From positions 1,600,001 to 1,664,000 of the forward strand of contig OY729426.1 in NCBI GenBank assembly GCA_963422365.1: a stretch of DNA of 64,000 nucleotides, written 5' to 3'. Below, piece by piece: positions 39,780 through 49,674 of the stretch; position 1 is the stretch's first letter; every line of letters begins with the position of its first letter. The position numbers and the translations under genes were made by a program. Under the pieces are notes generated by a model. The model was given only the letters and a program-made list of their open reading frames with translations. It searched no databases and was not told the origin of the DNA. The stretch is from Nitrospirales bacterium. GTDB taxonomy: Bacteria; Nitrospirota; Nitrospiria; Nitrospirales; UBA8639.

Positions 39780-40262
39780 TCAATCACTCGTCGAATGTTC
39801 ACGTAAATTCTGAATAGCTGCGAGCAGTTCGTCCGCGGTCGCGCTGACTCCCGGTCGCGTTCTGAGCAGATGAGAGCGGGCAAGTGTCTCCAGATCGTCG
39901 AGCGTCTGAATGCCGAGTCGATAATACACATCATGCACAATGGGTTCGGAAAAGCCGGGGAGAAGGATCCATGGACGAATTGCCGGTGGCAAGGGTGTTG
40001 TGAGTTCTTCATAGGCCTTGATGGTGCCGGTCTCGACGTATTCTTGAATTTTTATCGCCAAGTCTTTCCCAATGCAGGGAAGGGTTTGGAGAGCCCCTTG
40101 ATGAGCAAGCTCGGCAATGGGATCCTCCAAGTTGGCGATCGTGTCGGCTGCTCGTTGATAGGCCCGAATCCGATAAGGGTTTGCTCCATTGTTCTTCAAC
40201 AACGCTGCCATGGACAGGAAGAGGTTGGCGAGGGCGTCGTTCGAATCGTGGATCGTTGGCAT
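39780..40262 (-). CDS. DNA polymerase X N-terminal (HhH) domain-only protein
   Basis: NPYRIRAY..AA, LPCIGK..A.KI.E..ETG, LGIQTLDDL; no palm or PHP domain. Confidence 0.8.
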   Translation of the reverse strand: MPTIHDSNDALANLFLSMAALLKNNGANPYRIRAYQRAADTIANLEDPIAELAHQGALQTLPCIGKDLAIKIQEYVETGTIKAYEELTTPLPPAIRPWILLPGFSEPIVHDVYYRLGIQTLDDLETLARSHLLRTRPGVSATADELLAAIQNLREHSTSD

Positions 40263-40477
40263 ACGGCGAAGTCGTTTGAGAATATGAAGTGATCCTATTG
40301 TAAAAGATTGTGCTTAGCGATGATAGGTCCCCTCGCTTCTGGGCAGCTGGAAAAAGGCCACGTTCCCAAATTGACAAGGCTTGAGAGGCTTTCGTAGGAT
40401 GCAACTATGTGATCGGCGAGACGTTGCAGAGCGAACGGAGCGTGACTGGGCAGAAGGTTTTCGAAGAAACTCCACGC

Positions 40478-40711
40478 ATGTACATTCAAGTTAATGGTGA
40501 TTCACGTAACGTGCGTGCGGAGATGAATGTGACGGGGCTCCTCCAAGATTTGCAACTGAATGCCGAACAAGTGGCGGTGGAAATCAATCTTGAAATTCTC
40601 GAAAAACAGGCGTTTGATGCCCGAATGCTGCAAGAAGGTGACCGCATTGAAATTATGAGCTTTATCGGAGGGGGCGCCCCTTGCCCCTGTGTCATTCCCA
40701 CCGTCTGTTAG
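40478..40711 (+). CDS. thiS: Sulfur carrier ThiS with C-terminal extension
   Basis: MYIQVNG...VAVEIN...GDRIEIMSFIGGG followed by APCPCVIPTVC. Confidence 0.9.
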   Translation: MYIQVNGDSRNVRAEMNVTGLLQDLQLNAEQVAVEINLEILEKQAFDARMLQEGDRIEIMSFIGGGAPCPCVIPTVC

Positions 40712-40807
40712 CGGGAATCCAGCTTGTTTTTTCTTCGCGTGTCACCACGAAATTGAAAAGAGGAGGAAGACGTCGAGTATGGTGGTTCTAAGAGATGGAG
40801 AGAGGCC

Positions 40808-41581
40808 ATGAGTGACGATTGTTTGACCATAGCCGGGCGAGAGTTCCGATCCCGTTTGTGGGTCGGGACGGGAAAGTATAAGGACTTTGTTGAGACGCAG
40901 CGAGCCATTGAAATTTCTGGCGCGGATGTCGTCACCGTTGCCGTACGTCGAGTCAATATCACGGACGGAAATTCCGAGAATCTTCTTGATTATCTTGATC
41001 CGAAGCAATACACCATTCTTCCCAATACCGCAGGGTGCTACACGGTGGACGAGGCAGTGCGCTATGCTCGGTTGGCCCGGGCAGCCGGGGTCTCGGATTT
41101 GGTGAAGCTCGAGGTGATCGGCGATGAGCGGACCTTATTTCCTGATACCGCCGGACTCGTTGAAGCCGCAAAAATATTGATAAAGGAAGGATTCGTGGTG
41201 TTGCCTTATACCAACGACGATCCTGTCGTGGCCCAAAAGCTTGTCGATATCGGATGTCCGGCGGTCATGCCGTTAGCGGCCCCGATTGGTTCTGGATTAG
41301 GAATACGCAATCCCTACAATTTGAAAATCATCCTTGAAACCGTGAACGTGCCGGTGATTGTCGATGCAGGAGTGGGAACCGCTTCCGATGCGGCGTTGGC
41401 CATGGAATACGGGGCAGATGCGGTATTGATGAATACCGCGATCGCAGAGGCACAAGAGCCCATTGTCATGGCTGAGGCCATGAAGTACGCGGTAGAAGCT
41501 GGACGGTTAGCATATCAAGCCGGGCGCATTCCTCGAAAACTCTATGCCACCGCGAGTAGTCCGATCGAAGGTATGTTATAG
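40808..41581 (+). CDS. thiG: Thiazole synthase
   Basis: GTGKY, LPNTAGC, KLEV, PIGSG.G, DAGVG. Confidence 0.97.
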   Translation: MSDDCLTIAGREFRSRLWVGTGKYKDFVETQRAIEISGADVVTVAVRRVNITDGNSENLLDYLDPKQYTILPNTAGCYTVDEAVRYARLARAAGVSDLVKLEVIGDERTLFPDTAGLVEAAKILIKEGFVVLPYTNDDPVVAQKLVDIGCPAVMPLAAPIGSGLGIRNPYNLKIILETVNVPVIVDAGVGTASDAALAMEYGADAVLMNTAIAEAQEPIVMAEAMKYAVEAGRLAYQAGRIPRKLYATASSPIEGML

Positions 41582-41681
41582 CCTGACGTCATTTCCGCCC
41601 TGCTCCTCCTTTGTAAGGAGGGCTGTTGCATTCTGCGCAGGATGACAAGGGTGACCGTCGAGGCCTTTCGTGTTTGTGACA

Positions 41682-42317
41682 ATGAGTCGTCTTCCCCCTT
41701 TGTATGTCGTCACCGACCGGCACCAAACCGGAGAGGCTGGTTGTCTCCAGATCCTCAGAGACATCATCCCTGAACAAGGGATGATGGTACAAATTCGGGA
41801 AAGAGATCTTGGATCCCGAGAGCTGCTACGGTTTGTGAAGGCCATTCACCTCATGGCCCATCCCTTTTGTGTTCCGTGTTTGATCAATGACCGCGTGGAC
41901 TTGGTTCTTGCCACTCAGGCCGCAGGCGTGCACCTTCGCTCAGACAGCCTGCCCATCAAAGAGGCCAGAAAATGTTTGGGCCCTGATTATCTTATTGGGA
42001 AGTCGGTCCATTCTGCCCAAGAGGCGCTTCAAAGCGAGAAAGAAGGTGCGGACTTTGTTGTGCTCGGGCCGGTGTATGCGACACCCTCAAAACGTGAATA
42101 TGGCCCCCCGTTAGGTGTTCGCGCCATTCGCGAAGCCAGTCGGCACTGTACAATTCCCGTGTATGCGATTGGTGGGATGACGCCTTCTCGCGTGGAGAAC
42201 GTGATGGAGGCCGGTGCCGTTGGCGTTGCGGTCATTTCTTCAATTTTCCAAGCCTCGTCTCCACGCGAGGCTGTGACGACATATTCTACGCAACTGCGCA
42301 AATGGATCTCACGGTAA
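41682..42317 (+). CDS. thiE: Thiamine-phosphate synthase / TenI family
   Basis: QIRE, INDRVD, GVHL, SVH, T.SK, AIGG. Confidence 0.85.
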   Translation: MSRLPPLYVVTDRHQTGEAGCLQILRDIIPEQGMMVQIRERDLGSRELLRFVKAIHLMAHPFCVPCLINDRVDLVLATQAAGVHLRSDSLPIKEARKCLGPDYLIGKSVHSAQEALQSEKEGADFVVLGPVYATPSKREYGPPLGVRAIREASRHCTIPVYAIGGMTPSRVENVMEAGAVGVAVISSIFQASSPREAVTTYSTQLRKWISR

Positions 42318-42333
42318 GAAGGTCTGCTTTCTA

Positions 42334-42363
42334 TTGACCCTTTCCGAAAACCAGTGCTAGAAT
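42334..42363 (+). promoter_or_regulatory. sigma70 promoter of the proteasome operon
   Basis: TTGACC, 18 bp, TAGAAT with extended TG. Confidence 0.5.
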
Positions 42364-42501
42364 TTTTTCCGGGAGTCCCCGAGAGGGAACGGGAGGCTCA
42401 TGTCGTCTGTCCCTATCAATACAAGGGATTCAGAGGTTGAGAAAATAACAGGAGCCTTTTGCCGGTCGTTCTTTTTTGTGATTGAGCAGGGTGAAGATTC
42501 G

Positions 42502-44181
42502 ATGGGATTGAGAAAACACGAAGACTCGACTCGGGAGATCGAGAAACTTCGCGGAGAACTCCAATCCTTGGAGAACGAAATGCGGCATTTGTACGAAACC
42601 CGCATGAAATTGCAGCAATCACAAAAACAAAATGAACGGTTGACGGCCAGCCTCCAAGAAGCCAAAACCCAGATTGAAAGCCTCTGCACGGAGATCGCCA
42701 AACTCACGGCCCCGCCGTCCTCTTACGCGCTCTTCTGTAGTCTGAATGATGATGACAGCGCCAACGTCTACATCTCAGGCAAAAAAATGCGCGTCAGCGT
42801 GCATAGTTCGGTTGCGAGTGCGACCCTACGAAAAGGGCAAGAAGTGATTGTGAATGAAGCCTTGAATATTATCGAAGCGCGTGCCTTTGACCCTCAAGGA
42901 CAAGTGGTGACGTTCAAAGATCAGCTTGATGGGATACGGGTTCTGATTCAATTGCATCATAATGAAGAGCGAATCGTCGAGTTGGGTGAGCCGTTACTCA
43001 ATGAGTCTCTCAGCGTTGGCGACCATCTTCTCTATGATGCCAGGTCGGGATATGTCATTGAGAAAATCCCCAAAGCTGAAATCGAAGAATTGGTGATAGA
43101 AGAAGTGCCGGATGTGCAATATAAAGATGTCGGGGGGGTGACGAAAGAAGTCGAGCAGGTGACGGATGCCGTGGAATTACCCTTTCTGTACCCTGATCTT
43201 TTCAGGGAGCATCGCCTGACCCCGCCAAAGGGCATTCTGTTATATGGTCCTCCAGGGTGTGGAAAGACGATGATCGCGAAGGCCGTGGCGAATTCCATTT
43301 CACGAAAAATGCGACATTTATCCGGCAAAGAAATACGAAGCTACTTCCTACACGTAAAGGGCCCTGAACTGTTGAATAAATATGTAGGCGAATCGGAACG
43401 GTACATCCGGGAAATATTCGCCAAAGCTCGAAACAAGGCGGCAACCGGCAATCCGGTAGTCGTGTTTTTTGACGAGATGGACGCGTTATTCCGTACGCGG
43501 GGATCGGGGATTTCTTCCGATATTGAGTCCACGATCGTTCCGCAGTTTTTGGCGGAACTTGACGGGGTCGAGAAGCTCAAAAATGTGATCGTCATCGGAG
43601 CGAGTAATCGGCAAGATCTGATCGATCCGGCGGTCTTGCGAACGGGGCGGTTGGATGTGAAGGTCAAAATTCCCAGACCGGACAAACACGGTGCTCGCGA
43701 GATTTTTGCCAAATATCTCACCAGCGATCTGCCGTTTGCCAAAGAGGAACTTGATCGGCATGCGCAGGATCGTCATGTGGTTGTGTCGCACCTTCTCGAG
43801 ACGTCGGTAGAGTCGATGTATGCCACGTCAGAAGATAATAAGTTTCTGGAAGTGACGTATGCCAATGGAGAAAAAGAAACTCTCTACTTCAAAGATTTTT
43901 CCAGTGGCGCTCTTATCGAAGGGGTGGTCTCACGAGCGAAAAAAAATGCGGTGAAACGAGCCATTAGCACGGGTGCAAAAGGCTTGAAAGAAGAAGACCT
44001 TTTGTGCGCTATTCGGGACGAATTCAAGGCACATGAAGATCTGCCCAATACCACGAATCCCGATGATTGGGCCCGCATCGCCGGGAAAAAAGGCGAAAAA
44101 ATTATCCATGTTCGCACCCTCACCCCTGGCTCGGAAGCCGCACGCGAAATTGAAACCGTGAGTGCCGGGCATTACTTTTAA
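42502..44181 (+). CDS. arc: Proteasomal AAA ATPase Arc/Mpa
   Basis: Coiled coil, OB domains, GPPGCGKT, ELLNKYVGE, DLPNTTNPDDWARI, C-terminal GHYF (HbYX-like). Confidence 0.96.
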   Translation: MGLRKHEDSTREIEKLRGELQSLENEMRHLYETRMKLQQSQKQNERLTASLQEAKTQIESLCTEIAKLTAPPSSYALFCSLNDDDSANVYISGKKMRVSVHSSVASATLRKGQEVIVNEALNIIEARAFDPQGQVVTFKDQLDGIRVLIQLHHNEERIVELGEPLLNESLSVGDHLLYDARSGYVIEKIPKAEIEELVIEEVPDVQYKDVGGVTKEVEQVTDAVELPFLYPDLFREHRLTPPKGILLYGPPGCGKTMIAKAVANSISRKMRHLSGKEIRSYFLHVKGPELLNKYVGESERYIREIFAKARNKAATGNPVVVFFDEMDALFRTRGSGISSDIESTIVPQFLAELDGVEKLKNVIVIGASNRQDLIDPAVLRTGRLDVKVKIPRPDKHGAREIFAKYLTSDLPFAKEELDRHAQDRHVVVSHLLETSVESMYATSEDNKFLEVTYANGEKETLYFKDFSSGALIEGVVSRAKKNAVKRAISTGAKGLKEEDLLCAIRDEFKAHEDLPNTTNPDDWARIAGKKGEKIIHVRTLTPGSEAAREIETVSAGHYF

Positions 44182-44211
44182 TGCTCGTGCTCACGGCTGA
44201 ATGAGGAGCCC

Positions 44212-45687
44212 TTGCAGCGCATTATTGGGACAGAAACCGAATTTGGTGTTGCCTCGCGCCATGTCCACACGTCTGCTCCTGTTGAGGATTCCCTCCAACT
44301 CATCAGTTATTACCCTTCTCTCATGACCCCCCAAGCTCTTTGGGACTACGAGAACGAAAATCCTCTGCGAGATGATCGAGGGTTTGAAGTCGAGGGTGAC
44401 CGTGAACGGCCGGGGCCTGAGGATAATCGTGCGCTCAATAAGTTGTTGACGAACGCCGGTCGACTGTATGTCGATGGAGCGCATCCCGAGTATTCGACGC
44501 CGGAATGTAGTACGGCTCGAGAACTGGTCGCGTATGAACGGGCCGGTGAACTCATCGCCGCCAAATGTTTGGAAGCCATGAATCGTCCGGCAGGGGGAAA
44601 CAGGTACGTGCTGTACAAAAATAACTCTGATGGAAAAGGGAATAGTTACGGGTACCATGAAAATTATTTGATGGCCCGTTCAGTGCCATTCGCCGCGATT
44701 CTTCAGGCGTTGTTGCCATTTTTTGTATCACGTCCCATCTTTGCAGGGTCAGGGAAAGTCGGATCTGAAAATGGGGCCGCGCGCACGAAGTATCAAATCT
44801 CTCAACGCGCGGACTTTTTTGAATGCATCGCGGATCTCAACACCATGGTCAAACGCCCCCTTGTCAATACACGTGATGAGCCTCATGCGGACGGCGCGCG
44901 GTTTCGACGGTTACATGTCATTGTCGGTGACGCCAATATGGCGGAACTGTCCACGTATTTAAAGGTGGGGACCACAGCGATTGTGACGCATATGTTGGAC
45001 GAGGGCGCCGACATCCCCTCATGCGTGTTGGAAAATCCCGTAGAAGCCATCAAGATCGTCTCACGTGACCTCACCATGAAGGCCGATCTGAAATTATCCA
45101 GGGGAGGGGTGACAAATGCACTGGCCATCCAACGCGCCTATCTCCGGGCCGCACATGATTTTTATGCTTGTCGCGAGTTGTCGCCTGCGACAAAGGATAT
45201 TCTGGTGAGGTGGGAAACCGTTCTGAATAAACTCGAGCAGGATCCAAGGCAATTGATTGCGGAACTTGATTGGGTGGCGAAACAACAGATGATCGAGTCG
45301 TACATGGACCGGAAGGGCTGTGGATGGGATGATCCGCGTGTCGCATTGATGGACTTGCAATACCATGATATTCGGCCTGAAAAAGGGCTCTATTATACGC
45401 TTGAACGGAGCCACCGTATTGAGCGGTTGCTGGATGATGAAGCGATTGCCAGCGCAGAGTTTCATGCGCCACGGGGCACTCGAGCCTGTTTCCGCGGGGC
45501 TTGTCTTCAGAAATTTCCTCACCAAATTTATGGGTCCAGTTGGACTTCGGTGCTCTTTGACGTGGGAGATGCCTCCGTCAAACGAGTGCCGTTACTGGAT
45601 CCATGGAGAGGCACTCAGGATTTGACCAATGCGTTGTTGGAGGATGTGGAGACGGCTCAACAACTCCTGGATCGGTTGTCCGCGTAA
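44212..45687 (+). CDS. dop: Pup deamidase/depupylase Dop
   Basis: GTETEFG, WDYENENP, HPEYSTPE, NNSDGKGNSYGYHENY, SQRADF. Confidence 0.92.
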   Translation: MQRIIGTETEFGVASRHVHTSAPVEDSLQLISYYPSLMTPQALWDYENENPLRDDRGFEVEGDRERPGPEDNRALNKLLTNAGRLYVDGAHPEYSTPECSTARELVAYERAGELIAAKCLEAMNRPAGGNRYVLYKNNSDGKGNSYGYHENYLMARSVPFAAILQALLPFFVSRPIFAGSGKVGSENGAARTKYQISQRADFFECIADLNTMVKRPLVNTRDEPHADGARFRRLHVIVGDANMAELSTYLKVGTTAIVTHMLDEGADIPSCVLENPVEAIKIVSRDLTMKADLKLSRGGVTNALAIQRAYLRAAHDFYACRELSPATKDILVRWETVLNKLEQDPRQLIAELDWVAKQQMIESYMDRKGCGWDDPRVALMDLQYHDIRPEKGLYYTLERSHRIERLLDDEAIASAEFHAPRGTRACFRGACLQKFPHQIYGSSWTSVLFDVGDASVKRVPLLDPWRGTQDLTNALLEDVETAQQLLDRLSA

Positions 45688-45734
45688 AAGAAGGATGGGC
45701 TGAGGAGGAGCGGAACGCCGGTATCGTGATAAGG

Positions 45735-46571
45735 ATGCCTATGGAAGGGATCGGATCAAACAGGTCGGCGAGTCATTACTCAAGTTTTTTTGATTTTATT
45801 GCGCACACCAGGCCGGATCTGACGCCCGCCGCGCGGTGGGGGACAGGGGGACAGGGGTCTGCGGATGAGATGCACCGAACGCTCCTAGCCCAGCTGACGC
45901 ACGGGACGACCGTATTAGCCGTCAAGTATGAGACGGGGGTGGTCATGGCCGGCGATCGACGCGCGACCGAAGGGTATCAAGTCGCGTCGCGTCGAATGGA
46001 GAAGGTGTTTAAAACAGACAGCCATTCCGCCGTGGCCATTGCTGGAGTGGCCGGCCCGTGCGTGGAAATGGCCACGTTGTTTAGCATTGAACTGGAACAT
46101 TATGAAAAACTGGATGGTGTGCCGTTGTCCTGTGAAGGCAAGGCGAATCGGTTAGGGCACATGGTCAAAGCGAACTTGCCGATGGTCATGCAAGGGTTAG
46201 TCGTGATCCCGCTGTTTGTGGGGTTTGACGTGAAACACAACCAGGGCCGGATTTTTAGATACGACGTCACGGGCGGGAAATATGAAGAAACGGAGTATCA
46301 TTCAGTGGGGTCTGGCGGAAAGGATGCCCGTGTGACTGTGAAAGAACGGTTTCGCAAACACCTGTCCGGAGCGGAAGCGATCACCTTGGCCCTGCAAGCG
46401 CTGTTAAGTGCCGCGGAAGAGGACGTAGGAACCGGCGGCCCTGATGTATTCCGCGGCATTTATCCCACCCTCAAACTCGTGGATGCCCAAGGCGTGCGAG
46501 ATGTTGAAGAAGCCGATGTCGCCGCTCAGTGCGAGCAGGTAGCTCGATCGCGCTCGAAACAGGAATCGTAA
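45735..46571 (+). CDS. prcB: 20S proteasome beta subunit
   Basis: Propeptide then HG/TT catalytic Thr, AGDRRAT, GSG. Confidence 0.95.
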   Translation: MPMEGIGSNRSASHYSSFFDFIAHTRPDLTPAARWGTGGQGSADEMHRTLLAQLTHGTTVLAVKYETGVVMAGDRRATEGYQVASRRMEKVFKTDSHSAVAIAGVAGPCVEMATLFSIELEHYEKLDGVPLSCEGKANRLGHMVKANLPMVMQGLVVIPLFVGFDVKHNQGRIFRYDVTGGKYEETEYHSVGSGGKDARVTVKERFRKHLSGAEAITLALQALLSAAEEDVGTGGPDVFRGIYPTLKLVDAQGVRDVEEADVAAQCEQVARSRSKQES

Positions 46572-47257
46572 TGTCACTCCCGTTTTACGTATCCCCGGAA
46601 CAATTGATGCAGGATAGAGCCGAGTATGCGAAAAAAGGTATTGCGAAGGGACGATCGATCATGGCCATCGAATATCAGGACGGCGTGTTGTTTGTAGCGG
46701 ACAACCCGAGCCGTTCATTGTGCAAGATTTCGGAAATTTACGATACGATTGCCTTCTCGGGGGCGGGGCAATACAGTGAATTTGAACAGCTGCGCACGGC
46801 CGGCATCCGACACGCCGATTTAAAAGGGTTTCTGTATAGCCGTGAAGACGTCACGGCTCGTGCGTTGGCCAATGCCTATTCGCAAACCCTGGGCACGATT
46901 TTCAGTCAAGACCTGAAACCCTTTGAAGTCGAAATTCTGTTAGCCCAAATCGGGAACGGGTCTCGGGAGACGGAGTTGTATCGCATTGCGTTCGATGGGT
47001 CCATTTGCCACGAACAACAATGTGTGGCCATCGGAGGACGGGCCGAGGCGTTGGTTGCGGCCCGTCGCTCGCAGGGGGGCGGGAGCATGCCGGATCTGCA
47101 AGCCGCCCTGCTTCATGGCATGAAGGCTCTTGACACCGCCACGAATCAGAACGTGTCCCTTGAAGGTCTCGAGGTGGCGGTCCTTGATCGAACGCGTGTC
47201 GGGCGTCGTAAGTTTCGTCGGGTTGCCTTTGAAGAGGCCAGGGCCCTTCTCTCCTAA
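46571..47257 (+). CDS. prcA: 20S proteasome alpha subunit
   Basis: PFYVSPEQLMQDRAEYAKKGIAKGRS, LEVAVLDR. Confidence 0.95.
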   Translation: MSLPFYVSPEQLMQDRAEYAKKGIAKGRSIMAIEYQDGVLFVADNPSRSLCKISEIYDTIAFSGAGQYSEFEQLRTAGIRHADLKGFLYSREDVTARALANAYSQTLGTIFSQDLKPFEVEILLAQIGNGSRETELYRIAFDGSICHEQQCVAIGGRAEALVAARRSQGGGSMPDLQAALLHGMKALDTATNQNVSLEGLEVAVLDRTRVGRRKFRRVAFEEARALLS

Positions 47258-49674
47258 TCCCTCCTCCTTCTTGTTTGGCTGCGATTCGGTTGAAAGCGGG
47301 ACGCGAAGCAGGATTGACAGCATGAACTCACCCTGGAGGTCTTCTTGGGCGAGGATACACTGGTGTAGTGTGTAAAGCCCAAGAAAGGCACCCCCCTAGA
47401 GACCGGCACGTTTCGAGCATTCCCCCCCCTGTGTCAGATCCAGCCCTGCCTGAAAAGCCGTGGCGCCCTGCTCGCTGTCTGCCGACCTCTTGCAGTGGGG
47501 GGGGATGGCCGAGGCCCCTTCCTCCCTACAAGCCCACCGTCCAGGAAAACACGATGCCGTGCTCAGTGGCGCTGTCAAGGGTGGTTTGCTGTATCCCCTC
47601 GAGGCTGAGGGCCATGGCCTCGTGGACCTGGAGGTGGCCGCCCAGCCGATACCGGCTGGTGGCCGGCCCGGTGGCGACGCCCCCGTAGGGCGTGACCCGC
47701 CACCCAGGCCGGCGCAGGGCCAGCCCATAGCCAACGTCCGCCGTCAGCCGGCCCACGGCCCCGCCCGCGGGCGCCCCGTTGCCGGCCGGCCCGGCCTCAC
47801 GGCCCCACAACTGCTCCACGCCACTGGCCGGGGTGCCCCACGTCGGCTCGAACGCCACCCACAGCCCCTGCCCCCCCAGCCCCTCTCCTACTTTCACGGC
47901 GAGACTGCCGCCCCAAGCCTCAAAGTCCGTTGCCTGATGCGCCAGCAGATACCGGCCGCGAGCCGCGAGACTCACCCCCCACCACCTCTGCTGATACTCG
48001 ACCCCGCCGCTGAGCTCTGCTCCCATCCCCGTCTCGGCGTCGCCGTTGTCCCAGCGCCCCCCCAGCTCCACACTGGGCTGCAGGGCCGACTCTGGTGACA
48101 GGGCGACGTCCGTCTTCATCGCCAGCGCCACCCGCGCCCGGTGCGCCACCCCGGTCACCGCCGCCAGCCCCGCGGCTTCGTCCGCTTTCACCCGCACGGC
48201 AAACGCATCGGATTTTACCGCCACCTCGATCCCGTGCCACGTGGTCAGCGCCTGCCGCCCGCCTACCGCGGCCAGCAGCAACTGAACGTCCGTCTCCACG
48301 CGCCCGGCGGCGTCTTGCACCTCCAGCTCCCCTACGCCCGCGCCCGCGAGGCCCCACAGCCCAAGCCCCGGAGACGGCGTGTAGTGGACATAGGGCAGCA
48401 CGCTGGTCATGGCTAGGTCTACCTCGCCCCGGATGCCCCCTCGCTCGCCGCTGACCAGGAGAAAGTCCCCCGCGACCTCGTAGTCCAGGCCCCCCACGCT
48501 GTGCGACACCGCGACGCCCGCTAGCCCCTTCTGCCCGAACCGGTAGTCCAGTCCTACGTAGCCCGTGTAGACCGCCCCGTCGGTCTCCAGGAGCTGACTG
48601 GAAAAGCCGCTGGCTGCCCCCGTGCCCCAGAAGGTCCAGCCCGTTGTCAATTCACCCTCGTTCGTCCCGGTCAACGGCACGGCAAACTCGCTGCGCGCAA
48701 ACACGTCCGTGGCCGCAAGCCGCGGGGACCGGCTCGGGGCCACCCGGCCCTCGGCCGCTCGGCCTCGGCCGGCCGAGTCCCGGCTCGCTCCCGTCAGGCC
48801 CAGCACCCCGCCCAACACCCCCGCTACGGACCGGACGTCCAGGGCGGGGACTGCCGTGCCCCCCACCGTGACCGCCGGCTTCCCAACCGGCGGCGCCCCA
48901 AACCGGCGCCCGATCACGGCCACCGCCTCGGTGGCGGCTGTCCGCCCGAACGCCGCGAGGGCCACCGTGAGCGCCCGGGAACGGTGCGTCACCTCAGCAG
49001 CCTGCACCGTCACCCTGAAGTGCAACTGCCCCGTCTGGCCATCGGCGTCCGTGGCCGTGTCGGTGAACCGCGTCTTCGCCACCGCCTCCGTGGGCGTGCC
49101 GGTGATGGTGCGCGCCTTTGCCTCAAAACTGAGCCCCGCCGGGAGAGCCGGACTCAGCCGGTAGGTGATCGGCCCGTCTCCCCCCGTGGCTGCCGGCAGC
49201 CGCACGTCAACGGCCTCGCCAACCGTCCAGTTGTACTCCTCAATCGAGGCTGCCCCGAAACCCGGCAGGGGCGACCCCACGACAAACACCGAAAAGCTGC
49301 CTGTTTCGCCGCAGACATACCCGCGGGGCGCCGCTGCCGGCGACAGTTTCTCCCACGTCTGGGCCTTATCGGCAAGATGATACACAAACAGCGTCCCCGA
49401 CAGCCCGGCGGGCTGCTGCAGACAGACCGTGGCCGCTGAGGCGAGCGGCGCGTCCAGCCGGATCTCCAGGGAGGCCGGCTCGGCCCCAAAGGTCACCCCG
49501 GCCGGCGCCGCCGGCCGGGCGCGGGGCACCGCAAACGCCACCTTGGTCACCCCGTGCCCGGCCGGCAGCGTCAACTGCACCCCCGCCCCGTTGATCACCT
49601 CTGCGGTGATTTTGTTGCCCTCTATCTTGGTAGTGTGCGGGACCACACCGGTGATTTTAACGGATAACGCGACA

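Noticed and set aside
40330..40477. TPP riboswitch upstream of thiS
   Set aside because: Core TPP aptamer motifs not seen; only a TTGACA/18/TAGGAT promoter candidate.
47418..47507. C8/G8 inverted ends resembling a MITE downstream of the adhesin
   Set aside because: Low-complexity match, single copy, no target duplication.
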